Below are positions 7,432 through 16,271 of a stretch of 17,565 nucleotides of DNA, piece by piece (the stretch's first letter is position 1; every line of letters starts with the position of its first letter). The position numbers were made by a program, and so were the translations under genes. The notes under the pieces are model-generated. The model did not search any database, was not told where the DNA came from, and saw nothing but the letters and a program-made list of their open reading frames with translations. Source of the DNA: Tubiluchus corallicola. Lineage: Eukaryota > Animalia > Priapulida. The stretch covers positions 1 to 17,565 of the forward strand of contig JAQGDQ010002502.1 of the NCBI GenBank assembly GCA_030141605.1, in the 5' to 3' direction.

Positions 7432-8215
7432 ATAGTGGATTCTCTTCGAGGGTTATTTCGGAGACATTTGAGCAGCCCAATATGGTCTCTGCCAGTGCGG
7501 CAAACTGTTCTGATGTTTGGGTCGTCATTATCTCCATTTTGCCGTCTTCTTCGGCGTTTATTTTGTTCTCTTTCAAATCTTTAACCAAGTATTTTGTGGA
7601 ATCTACCAGGTTTATGGTTGGATAGAGCTTTGATATAGCGCTGCTCAATAGTGGGTAGTGAGTACACCCTAGAACTACAGTGTCCACACCTTGTCTTGTC
7701 AGTTTGTCCATGTACATCTTCACTACCAGGTCCACTATTTCACCACTCAGCATTAACTCATCCTCTATCAACGGAACGAATAGCGGGCACGGAGATTGAT
7801 GCACGTCAACGTCTGAGCTGGCTGTCTGCGTTATCTTCTCCACGTAAGCGTTGCTATTTACGGTGGCTTTCGTCGCCAAAACTCCTATTTTGTTGTTATT
7901 AGTGACCTCCACAGCGTGACGCGCTGCAGGGGATACTGCTCCTAATACCGGTATGGGCAGTAGTTCTGACAATTTGTCGACGGAGTATATAGTTGCGGTA
8001 TTGCAAGCTATTATCAGAGCTTCTATGTCGTATCTTTTGTGCAGATGCATTCCGCACTCGAGAGAATATTGCAGTATCTGTTCAGGTGTCTTATTCCCGT
8101 AGGGGATGCGAGCTATGTCCCCGATGTAGAAGGTATCTAACTTCGGAAATGCCTCCCTGACAGCTTTTAAAATCGTGAGCCCTCCGGCTCCAGAGTCAAA
8201 CAATCCTACGGACAT
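7430..8215 (-). CDS. murI: Glutamate racemase
   Basis: FDSGAGGLT, PYGNK, catalytic IACNTA and LGCTHYP motifs; RBS GGGAGG. Confidence 0.97.
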   Translation of the reverse strand: MSVGLFDSGAGGLTILKAVREAFPKLDTFYIGDIARIPYGNKTPEQILQYSLECGMHLHKRYDIEALIIACNTATIYSVDKLSELLPIPVLGAVSPAARHAVEVTNNNKIGVLATKATVNSNAYVEKITQTASSDVDVHQSPCPLFVPLIEDELMLSGEIVDLVVKMYMDKLTRQGVDTVVLGCTHYPLLSSAISKLYPTINLVDSTKYLVKDLKENKINAEEDGKMEIMTTQTSEQFAALAETILGCSNVSEITLEENPL

Positions 8216-8235
8216 TTTTGCCTCCCGGCACTATT

Positions 8236-9000
8236 TTACAGTGATTTAATGATTTTTCTGGACATAAGGTGTACAGACAGAGGCAACAACACCAGTGCCA
8301 TAACAACTATGTATACCATATGCGTCCAGATAGCATCAAAATTTCCACCAGCAAAGCTTCTAGAGAGCGCCACCATATGGTAAAGCGGTGTGAAGCCAGC
8401 AGCCTTTTGCAAGATTACCGGCATATTGTCCAGAGGAAAAAATATTTCTGATAACAGGAATAGAGGGGTTATCAATATCGTGAAGTAGTAGCTAAGATAT
8501 GTGATATTTGGCATGACCGCCACACATATTATCCCGAGCTGGGCAAATATAAGACCTGTAAGGAACAAAAATGGCATTCCAAGCAACACATGGGGGAAGC
8601 TCACAAGACCCAAAGCTCCAACGGTGAACATAATGACAGAGCTGTACAAAAGGCTCTTTGTGGCAGCCCAAACTATCTCTCCGAGGACGATCCCTTTGAG
8701 ATTGATAGGTGTTGCGAGGATGGCATTGTACGTTTTTTGGTATGCCATTCTGACGTAGACGTTATACGTGCTCTCGTAGGTTGCTGCCATCATTGCGTTT
8801 GATGCGATAAATCCGGGGGCTATGAAGTATATATACGGCATACCGTTAATTTCATTCACAAAACCGCCCAAGCCAACACCCATAGCTGATAAGTATAGGA
8901 GCGGCTCGATAAAGTTGAGCGCGATACTCGACTTGTAAAGTTTGTAAAAGACCTTCAATTGTCTTTGCCACACTCTGTATGTATATATAATTGTGTTCAT
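8236..9000 (-). CDS. ABC-2 type exporter permease, NodJ-like
   Basis: About six TM segments; EPLLYL..MG.GLG, FIAPG, YESTY...RM..QKT..AILATP, GEIVWAATK and TPLYH are typical of NodJ-like permeases. Confidence 0.9.
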   Translation of the reverse strand: MNTIIYTYRVWQRQLKVFYKLYKSSIALNFIEPLLYLSAMGVGLGGFVNEINGMPYIYFIAPGFIASNAMMAATYESTYNVYVRMAYQKTYNAILATPINLKGIVLGEIVWAATKSLLYSSVIMFTVGALGLVSFPHVLLGMPFLFLTGLIFAQLGIICVAVMPNITYLSYYFTILITPLFLLSEIFFPLDNMPVILQKAAGFTPLYHMVALSRSFAGGNFDAIWTHMVYIVVMALVLLPLSVHLMSRKIIKSL

Positions 9001-9010
9001 AGTTGATTAT

Positions 9011-9736
9011 TTATCCTTCCAAAGATCGCCCGGTAAGGGTTAGGTACACATGTTCCAGATTGCCGCCGTGCTTTGAGATCAAAGCTTCAGGCGAGTCTAC
9101 CGTGACTATTTTACCCTGATCGACTATGGCGACCCTGTCACACATTATCTCGGCTTCTTCTATGTAGTGTGTCGTGAGCAGTATGGTCTTACCCTGTTCC
9201 TTTAACATCTTCAACCTTGTATGCATAGATTGCCTGCTTTTAGGATCAAGGCCTGTGGTAGGCTCATCCAATATTATGATGTTAGGGTCGTTGATTAAGG
9301 CCCTTGCCAACATCAATCTCCTCTTCATGCCGCCTGAGAGGGTCTCCACATGGCTTTTAACCTTGTCAACCAATTCGGTGAACTCCAAAAGCTCCTCTAC
9401 TGTCCTCTTTATATTTTCCTTCTTCATGCCGAAGTAGGAGCCGTACACTAGCAGGTTTTCCATGACATCGAAGTCAGGATCCAGATTGTTCTCCTGGGGC
9501 ATTACCCCAAGGAAGGCCTTTATTGCAGATGGGTCCTTTGTGACATTTATCCCGTTTACCTCAAGAGTGCCGCAAGATGGAGGGAAATAACATGAAATCA
9601 TCTTCATGATACTGGACTTCCCGGCGCCATTGGGCCCCAAAAAACCGTAAAATTCACCCGACTTTATCTCAAAATCTACGCCAGCAACCGCAGTGAAGCT
9701 GCCATATCGTTTTTCCAAATTTTTTGCTGTAATCAT
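9011..9736 (-). CDS. ABC exporter ATP-binding protein, NodI-like
   Basis: Walker A GPNGAGKS, signature LSGGMKRR, Walker B IIILDEPTTGLDP, H-loop TTH. Start moved to ATG 9736 (MITAKNL) because the longer ORF start at 9808 lies inside the predicted promoter. Confidence 0.93.
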   Translation of the reverse strand: MITAKNLEKRYGSFTAVAGVDFEIKSGEFYGFLGPNGAGKSSIMKMISCYFPPSCGTLEVNGINVTKDPSAIKAFLGVMPQENNLDPDFDVMENLLVYGSYFGMKKENIKRTVEELLEFTELVDKVKSHVETLSGGMKRRLMLARALINDPNIIILDEPTTGLDPKSRQSMHTRLKMLKEQGKTILLTTHYIEEAEIMCDRVAIVDQGKIVTVDSPEALISKHGGNLEHVYLTLTGRSLEG

Positions 9737-9792
9737 GCTCAATTCTTTAGTACCTTCTTTAAAAAATGAATGGACACCACCGGAGACCGCAC

Positions 9793-9821
9793 AGGATACA
9801 TTTTGCAAGGCACAATGTCAA
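9793..9821 (-). promoter_or_regulatory. Putative sigma70 promoter for the nodI-nodJ-like/murI operon
   Basis: Minus strand TTGACA-N17-TATCCT. Confidence 0.65.
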
Positions 9822-9852
9822 GACATTTGCTAAAAGCATGGTTCTTAAGAAC
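9814..9852. promoter_or_regulatory. Two palindromes, candidate operator sites
   Basis: AATGTC-AA-GACATT (9814-9827) overlaps the -35 above; perfect palindrome GTTCTTAAGAAC at 9841-9852. Confidence 0.4.
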
Positions 9853-9924
9853 TGCCATGTGACCAATAAATGCGAAGAAAAAATAAATATTGTTATAAAT
9901 ATCGTCTTGCGTAAATATTAGTGC

Positions 9925-9953
9925 TTGAAAATGTCGAATTATTTTATTAGGAT
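9925..9953 (+). promoter_or_regulatory. Putative sigma70 promoter for the TAXI-TRAP operon
   Basis: TTGAAA-N17-TAGGAT, followed by AGGAGG RBS before ATG 9992. Confidence 0.55.
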
Positions 9954-9991
9954 ACCAAATCAGTGCAAATATAAATAGGAGGATTTGGTTC

Positions 9992-10954
9992 ATGAAAAAG
10001 TATTTACTTACGCTAGTCATTGCGTTGTTCTTGACGATGACTATCAGTGCTGGAGCGAGGACTTTTGTGTCTATCGGTACAGGAGGAGTTACGGGGGTTT
10101 ACTATCCTACGGGTGGTTTTTTGTGTGATATGGCAAATGATGTTAAAGATCAAAATATCAAATGTACAGCCGCATCCACTGGGGGCTCTGAAGCAAACGT
10201 CAATGGTGTTCTGGCCGGAGACTACCAGTTTGGCATGAGCCAGGCTGATATTGCGTACTATGCCCACAGCGGTACCAACAAATGGGAAGAGAGAGGAGCA
10301 CAGACAAAACTTCGTTCCGTGTTCTCTATCTACATCGAAGCTGTCAACCTCATCGTTTCTGAGAATAGTAAAATTAACACTATCCAAGACCTTAAAGGCA
10401 AAAGGGTTAACCTCGGTGCCATAGGTTCAGGCTCTCTGTTCAACACTTTGCAAGTACTGAGTGCTTATGGTGTGGATCAAGATGATATGAGATCGAACTA
10501 CGCAAAACCTGTTGAAGGCGCGAAGCTGCTCCAAGACGAAAAGATAGATGGCTACTTCTACACAGTGGGACATCCAAGTGGTACCTTTAAAGAAGCAAGC
10601 GCTGGAAGGATATTGGTCAAGTTTATCCCCATTGAAGGGCCAGTAGCGGATAGCCTTGTCAAGGATTACCCATACTTTACAAAATATTCTATACCACATG
10701 AGTATTATCCAAAAGCTACAAATGAAGCCGATATATCTACAATAGGTGTGGGCGCTCTGTTGGTAACATCCACAGATGTCAGCGCTGACGTTGTTTATGC
10801 ATTGACAAAGCAGGTTGTTGACAATTTCGAAGATTTTAAGAAACTGCACCAAGCTTATTCTACAAGCAAGAAAGAGGATTTGCCGGTAGGTGTTACTGCG
10901 CCTTTGCATGATGGAGCGAAGAAATATTTTATGGAAGCTGGATTATTGAAGTAG
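9992..10954 (+). CDS. TAXI family TRAP transporter solute-binding subunit
   Basis: Signal peptide; IGTGGVTGVYYPTG, STGGSEAN, SQAD, DLKGKRVNLG..GSG and PLHDGAKKYF.E.G motifs. Confidence 0.95.
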   Translation: MKKYLLTLVIALFLTMTISAGARTFVSIGTGGVTGVYYPTGGFLCDMANDVKDQNIKCTAASTGGSEANVNGVLAGDYQFGMSQADIAYYAHSGTNKWEERGAQTKLRSVFSIYIEAVNLIVSENSKINTIQDLKGKRVNLGAIGSGSLFNTLQVLSAYGVDQDDMRSNYAKPVEGAKLLQDEKIDGYFYTVGHPSGTFKEASAGRILVKFIPIEGPVADSLVKDYPYFTKYSIPHEYYPKATNEADISTIGVGALLVTSTDVSADVVYALTKQVVDNFEDFKKLHQAYSTSKKEDLPVGVTAPLHDGAKKYFMEAGLLK

Positions 10955-11004
10955 TACCTTATTAAATTAGGCGTTTTTTCTCTGTCTTGTACGGAGGATG
11001 CGCT

Positions 11005-11034
11005 AAAGGGGAGTGAAAGTGCTCCCCTTTTTTT
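11005..11034 (+). terminator. Intercistronic hairpin/terminator between TAXI SBP and permease
   Basis: AAAGGGGAGT-gaaagt-GCTCCCCTTTTTTT. A weaker imperfect hairpin precedes it (about 10968-11005). Confidence 0.8.
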
Positions 11035-11064
11035 GTTTATATCTTGATATGAGGTTTGTTAAAT

Positions 11065-13144
11065 ATGTCTGATGAAAAGAACAAGAAAATTCAAGAACTC
11101 CTAGAGATGGAGCAGGTGAGTAAGCGCATATTCCGTAAGCATGAAAACTATCTGTTTACGTTTGTGTGTTTGTCGTGGGCTCTGTTTCAATTATCCATTA
11201 CGAGCTGGTTGATTCTTGACGCTACTATGACTAGGGCTGTGCACTTGTCCTTTGCTTTTGTAATAGTGTTTCTTGCAACCCCTACATTGAAAGTGAATAT
11301 ATCTGGCTTAGGTTTTTTGTCTAAGGTCAAAGGTATTGGTTTTATAGATTACATCTTGGCTATTTTTGCTGCTTTTTGCGCCATGTACATAATCGTATTC
11401 AGAGATGAGATATCTATGCGTATCGGGCTACCCACACTCATGGACAAGATCATTGCGATTAGTTTGATTTTATTGCTTTTGGAGGCTACAAGACGAGTTA
11501 TAGGTTTTGCCCTTGTGGGGATCATTTTGGTGTTTACTGCTTATGCGTTTTCAGGTCCTTACATCCCCGTCGATTTCCTGGCATTTGGCGGTACCTCTAT
11601 TAACCGATATGTGACTAAGGTCGTCCTGACGGATGAAGGCATTTATGGGATACCCTTGGGGGTTTCCACTACGGTGGTATTCCTATTTGTCTATTTCGGT
11701 TCTATGCTTGATAAGGCTGGTGCTGGCAAGTTTTTCATAGATTCTGCCATGTCCATTTTGGGCCGCTTAAGTGGCGGTCCTGCAAAGGCTGCGGTTGTTG
11801 CTTCCGGTTTTACCGGTCTTGTTTCGGGTTCAAGTATTGCAAATACTGTAACTACCGGTACTTTTACTATTCCGTTGATGAAGAAGGTGGGCTACCCGCC
11901 AGAAAAAGCTGCAGCTTTTGAGGTGGCAGCAAGCATCGGGGGACAATTGATGCCTCCGGTCATGGGAGCCGCCGCATTTATTATCGCTGAATATGTGAAT
12001 GTCCCGTATATAGAGGTCGTAAAATCCGCAATTGTGCCCGCTTTAGTCTCCTATCTTGGTCTCTTCTATGTAACCCACTTGGAGGCAAAAGCCCTGGGGA
12101 TGAAGGGATTGGGAAAAGATGAGTTGCCAGTATTTTTACAAGTCCTTAGGGGTGGATATTATTATATTGTCCCGATATTACTCCTTATATGAGCTGGTAA
12201 TTTTGAGACATTCAGCGGAATTATCTGCATTTAGGGCGTTAATGCTCCTCTTTGCCATTATGTTTGCAAGAAACATATATGTGTGCATACATTACAAAGA
12301 GAAGAAGGCTGTAACCAAGGGGATCAAGGTTACTGTAGCTACAATTATCGATGGTACGGTTGCAGGTGCTAGAAATATGGTCGCCGTTGCAATGGCTACC
12401 GCTGCTGCTGGTATTGTCGTCGGTATCGTTACCATGGGTATCGGCAATATGGTCACTCAGATAGTGGAAGTAATGTCCATGGGGAACATATACCTGCTGC
12501 TGATTATCACAGCCTTTGCCAGTATACTTTTGGGACTTGGTCTGCCCACTACGGCGAACTATATCGTAATGGCATCATTGACGGCGCCTGTTATCGTTAT
12601 CGTTGGTGGTGACTTTGGCTTAATAGTTCCGTTAATGGCGGCACATCTATTCTGCCTCTATTTCGGTATACTTGCAGATGCTACGCCTCCCGTCGGACTT
12701 GCTGCATATGCTGGATCTGCAATAGCCGATGCCAGGCCTGTTAAAACGGGGGTGGTGGCATTCCAATACGCCATCAGGATCGCAATACTTCCGTTTATGT
12801 TTATCTTTAACAATGAGCTTATACTGCACGGTGTTGATACGTGGCCTAGGGGATTGTTGATCTTCAGCATGGCTGCTTTGGCTGCCTTAGCCTTCACAAA
12901 TGCAGTTCAAGGATGGTTCATTGTGAAGAATAAAGGATATGAAACGATACTTCTGCTCATTGCTTCCCTGATAATGTTTAATCCGCATATCCCTATAAAT
13001 GTGTTCAACTTTATAGTGCCGGAATTTTTTGGTGAAGGTTTTAATAAGTACTACTTCTATCCGCTAGGGGTGGCTACTTATCTGCTGGTCTATGGGCTGC
13101 AAGTTATTAGAGACAAAAAACAGGTTATTCAGGCGCATGCCTGA
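11065..13144 (+). CDS. TRAP transporter 4TM/12TM fused permease (TAXI type), frameshifted at about 12187
   Basis: First ORF has LEATRR, EGIYGIPLG, GGPAKAAV, SGSSIAN, TGTFTIP and GGQLMPPVMGAAAF; second has LGLGLPTTANY, HLFCLYFG and ADATPPVGLAAY. Junction reads ...ILLL(I)|YELVILRHS at TTATAT. Repaired length is about 692-693 aa. Confidence 0.92.
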
Positions 13145-13157
13145 TAGCGACAAAAAG

Positions 13158-13184
13158 AAAAGGGAAGCTTAAAGCTTCCCTTTT
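13158..13184. terminator. Bidirectional intrinsic terminator between the TRAP permease and usp
   Basis: Perfect inverted repeat AAAAGGGAAGCT-taa-AGCTTCCCTTTT between convergent genes. Confidence 0.9.
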
Positions 13185-13215
13185 TCATATTTAAAAGGCT
13201 AAAATTTAATTTAGC

Positions 13216-13665
13216 TCATTTCTTCCCTTTCAGTTTGGTGAGAAGGACGCTCACTTTAGCATTTCTGGCAATTTTTTCCACCGTGCTGCCGTAGATGATA
13301 TTTTCAAAACTGGTATGGCCATGAGAACCTATTACAACTAGGTCATAATCTCCGGCTTCCAGTATTTTGAGACCTTCCACATAAGGCTTGCCGTTCTTTA
13401 CGATGGTGTCGTATTTTAACCCTTTTAATGAGGGCACCCTCTTTTCCAAGTTTTTGAACATAACATCAACTTCGTCCAAAATACTGTCTCTTATGTGTTT
13501 GTAGTCCCCATCCGACAAAAACATGGATAAACCGCTATCTTCATATATTACGTGCAGTACAGATATCTCTGCCTTATAATATTTGGCAAGTTCTGCAGCT
13601 TGCTCAGTCGCATAGTCTGCATGATGTGAAAAGTCGGTCATGACCAAAATCTTCTTATAACTCAT
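13216..13665 (-). CDS. Universal stress protein (UspA family, single domain)
   Basis: YKKILVMTDFS, VLHV, DLVVIGSHG(x9)GSTVEKI (ATP-binding-type motif). RBS AGGAGG fits ATG 13665. Confidence 0.95.
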   Translation of the reverse strand: MSYKKILVMTDFSHHADYATEQAAELAKYYKAEISVLHVIYEDSGLSMFLSDGDYKHIRDSILDEVDVMFKNLEKRVPSLKGLKYDTIVKNGKPYVEGLKILEAGDYDLVVIGSHGHTSFENIIYGSTVEKIARNAKVSVLLTKLKGKK

Positions 13666-13767
13666 CAATCCCCTCCTAATTTAATTATGAACAAAAATCC
13701 GATCAACCCAGTATAAACGATATTTATATTATTGTTCACATAAATTTATTGTCAATGTGTAAAAAGA

Positions 13768-13783
13768 TGGCGCGCTTATTGCT
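13768..13783 (+). promoter_or_regulatory. Putative sigma54 (RpoN) -24/-12 promoter
   Basis: TGGCGCG-CTTA-TTGCT versus consensus TGGCACG-N4-TTGC(A/T): exact GG-N10-GC spacing, one mismatch. AT-rich region upstream. Confidence 0.75.
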
Positions 13784-13857
13784 GTACCACACTTTGTGTA
13801 TGTATTATGATCGTCACGGTTCAAGGGGCGTGATGTTTTAAAAGGAGGTATACTACC

Positions 13858-14068
13858 ATGACAGATACTATAAAGGCGGCTAATGTTATTGCGGCATATA
13901 CTGCTATGTCTTCCGGAAAGCGATAGGAAGCTTGCAGGTTTGAGCTCTTTGTTGAAGGGAAAGGGCGTTGTGAGTGGGGAAGGCGTTTCCAAAACAAGCA
14001 ACACTTCATCTGACAAGGTGACGATATCTGCGGAAGCCCTTTCTTTGTTGAAAGCTAAGCGGGGGTGA
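13858..14068 (+). CDS. Small protein (about 69 aa once repaired) resembling the FlgM N-terminal region; frameshifted near 13917-13919
   Basis: Strong RBS AGGAGGT (13843-13849) and ATG 13858 give MTDTIKAANVIAAYTAMSSGKR-stop. The shifted frame continues SDRKLAGLSSLLKGKG...SSDKVTISAEALSLLKAKRG with a D-x-V-x-I-S-x-E-A motif. Confidence 0.65.
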
Positions 14069-14086
14069 TTTTTTTTCAGAAAAAAG

Positions 14087-14114
14087 TTGACTTTGAATTT
14101 TATGTTTGTATAGT
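14087..14114 (+). promoter_or_regulatory. Putative sigma70 promoter for the epimerase (and possibly pstSCA)
   Basis: TTGACT-N16-TATAGT with an upstream A/T tract. Confidence 0.55.
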
Positions 14115-14150
14115 GACCCTGACGATTACGCTTATTGAAAGGAACGTGGA

Positions 14151-15179
14151 ATGAGGATTCTTGTTACCGGTGGTGCTGGTTTTATAGGGTATCACACTAC
14201 GTTGGGGCTGTCTTCAAAGGGTTATGATGTTGTATGTTATGACAACGTCAACGACTATTACGATGTGAGCCTTAAATATGGCAGGCTTAATGAGTTGGGG
14301 ATTGAAGTTGCGGCTGGGAGCCTTGGTGAGCAGGTGTCAAGCTGTAGATTCCCAAATTTAAGGTTTGTAAAGGGCGATTTTGCCGATCCGTCCAGTCTAC
14401 ATTCTCTATTCAAATATGAAAAGTTTGATATGATCCTACACCTTGGGGCCCAAGCGGGGGTGAGGTATAGCCTTACTAATCCTCAAGAGTATATTACCAG
14501 CAACATTACAGGTTTTTTTAATATCTTGGATGCTGCTGTCCGTTTTAATGTTCCGAATATTGTATACGCATCTAGCTCCTCTGTTTATGGTTTAAATGAA
14601 GAGACTATCTTTACAGAGACTGATGATGTGCAGCGTCCTGCGAGTTTGTATGGAGCTACAAAGAAGAGCAACGAGCTTATGGCTCATGCATATAGCCATA
14701 CCCATGGTTTAAATACTGTGGGTTTGCGCTTCTTTACGGTGTATGGTCCTTGGGGTCGTCCGGACATGGCCATATACAAGTTTACTAAATCCATCCTAAA
14801 GGGTGAGCCGATCAAGGTGTTTAATAATGGACAGATGAAAAGGGACTTCACTTACGTGGATGATGTCGTCGGTGCGGTCTGCGGTCTTTGTTCGGATTTT
14901 GATAGAATCATCGAAAAAGAGAGAGTTCCTTATAAAGTGTACAACTTGGGGAACGGTTCCCCGGTGGAGTTAATGAGATGTGTGGAGGTGCTAGAGGAGA
15001 GGTTGGGGATTAATGCGGAGAAAGAATTCCTGCCCATCCAGGTTGGGGATGTGGTAAGTACCTACTCAGATAGTAGCGAGATATTTGAAGACTTGGGCAT
15101 TGAGTTCAACACAAGTATTGAGGTTGGTATAGACAAGTTTGTAAGCTGGTATTTGTCTTACCATAACATTGGGATTTAA
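14151..15179 (+). CDS. NAD-dependent epimerase, UDP-glucuronate 4-epimerase-like (CapI/LspL type)
   Basis: TGGAGFIG, DNVNDYYD..LK, HLGAQAGVRYS, YASSSSVYG, catalytic YGATK, LRFFTVYGPWGRPDMA. Confidence 0.92.
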   Translation: MRILVTGGAGFIGYHTTLGLSSKGYDVVCYDNVNDYYDVSLKYGRLNELGIEVAAGSLGEQVSSCRFPNLRFVKGDFADPSSLHSLFKYEKFDMILHLGAQAGVRYSLTNPQEYITSNITGFFNILDAAVRFNVPNIVYASSSSVYGLNEETIFTETDDVQRPASLYGATKKSNELMAHAYSHTHGLNTVGLRFFTVYGPWGRPDMAIYKFTKSILKGEPIKVFNNGQMKRDFTYVDDVVGAVCGLCSDFDRIIEKERVPYKVYNLGNGSPVELMRCVEVLEERLGINAEKEFLPIQVGDVVSTYSDSSEIFEDLGIEFNTSIEVGIDKFVSWYLSYHNIGI

Positions 15180-15212
15180 ATGAACTTTTAAGACGATGAA
15201 GGTACGATTTTT

Positions 15213-16214
15213 ATGAAAAAGATTGCTATTGCCGCATTTATGGCGTTCTGTTTTGGTGTTTCAGGGTATGCTGCTTCTATTGAGGGGGCTGGGGCCTCTT
15301 TTCCAAAGAATGTATATCAGGCGTGGGCTTATGTTTATGGTCAAGAGACCGGTATGTCTGTGAACTATCAGTCTATCGGTTCCTCAGGTGGTGTAAAGAA
15401 TATTATCGGCGGTAATATTGACTTTGGGGCTAGTGATGAACCTTTGGATGCGGATAAGCTTGAGGCTGAAAATCTGTTTCAGTTTCCGGCTGTTGCTGGG
15501 GGGATCGTGCCTGTGGTCAACATCACAGGTGTGAAGGCCGGAGAATTAAAGCTCGATGGTTTGACCTTGGCAGAGATCTATTTAGGTCGCATAGAGTATT
15601 GGGACGATGAACGCATTGTCAATCTAAATCCAAACTTGAAGTTGCCGCATTCGAAGATCAATGTTGTTCACCGTTCTGACGGTTCGGGTACTACCTACAA
15701 CTTTTCCGCATACCTTGCCACGGTAAGTGAAGAGTGGAAGAATGCTGTGGGTGTTGGGAAGAGCTTGAGTTGGCCAAGGGGTATCGGAGCTAAAAAGAAT
15801 GATGGAGTAGCAGCAAGTATTAAGAAGTTGAGTAATTCCATAGGTTATGTGGAGTATTCCTACGTCGTGCTCGGGAAGATGGATTATATCTTGATGGAAA
15901 ATTTTGAGGGCAATTTTGTTATGCCAGAGCTTAAAACCTTTCAGTCAGCCATAGATGGAGCCGATTGGGATGTTAATTCAGGTTTTGGTACACTCCTCAT
16001 AAATAAGCCCGGCAAAAACTCCTGGCCCATAACGACCCCCAGCTGGATACTGCTTAGGGCAGGGCATGAGAAGAATGAAGATGTTGTGAAGTTTTTCAAC
16101 TGGTCGTTTGATAGGGGCGACGAATCTGCTCGAGCCATAGGTATGGTGCCGTTGAGTGATCGACTTGTAAATATGATTCGCAAAGATTGGCAAACAAAAG
16201 GCTTAATGAAGTGA
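15213..16214 (+). CDS. pstS: Phosphate ABC transporter substrate-binding protein
   Basis: GAGASFP, NYQSIGSSGG, DFGASD, HRSDGSGTT, IGYVEYSY; signal peptide. Confidence 0.96.
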   Translation: MKKIAIAAFMAFCFGVSGYAASIEGAGASFPKNVYQAWAYVYGQETGMSVNYQSIGSSGGVKNIIGGNIDFGASDEPLDADKLEAENLFQFPAVAGGIVPVVNITGVKAGELKLDGLTLAEIYLGRIEYWDDERIVNLNPNLKLPHSKINVVHRSDGSGTTYNFSAYLATVSEEWKNAVGVGKSLSWPRGIGAKKNDGVAASIKKLSNSIGYVEYSYVVLGKMDYILMENFEGNFVMPELKTFQSAIDGADWDVNSGFGTLLINKPGKNSWPITTPSWILLRAGHEKNEDVVKFFNWSFDRGDESARAIGMVPLSDRLVNMIRKDWQTKGLMK

Positions 16215-16271
16215 TGGGATTTGAGTATCAGTGTATTTATTTATATTTTTTAACTTTGATTTAGGCGACAT

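Noticed and set aside
9737-9808. 24-aa N-terminal extension of the ABC ATPase in the ORF track
   Set aside because: It overlaps the predicted promoter; ATG 9736 gives a canonical ABC N-terminus.
15120-15212. Pho box upstream of pstS
   Set aside because: No convincing 11-bp-periodic CTGTCAT or TT(A/T)ACA direct repeats found by eye.
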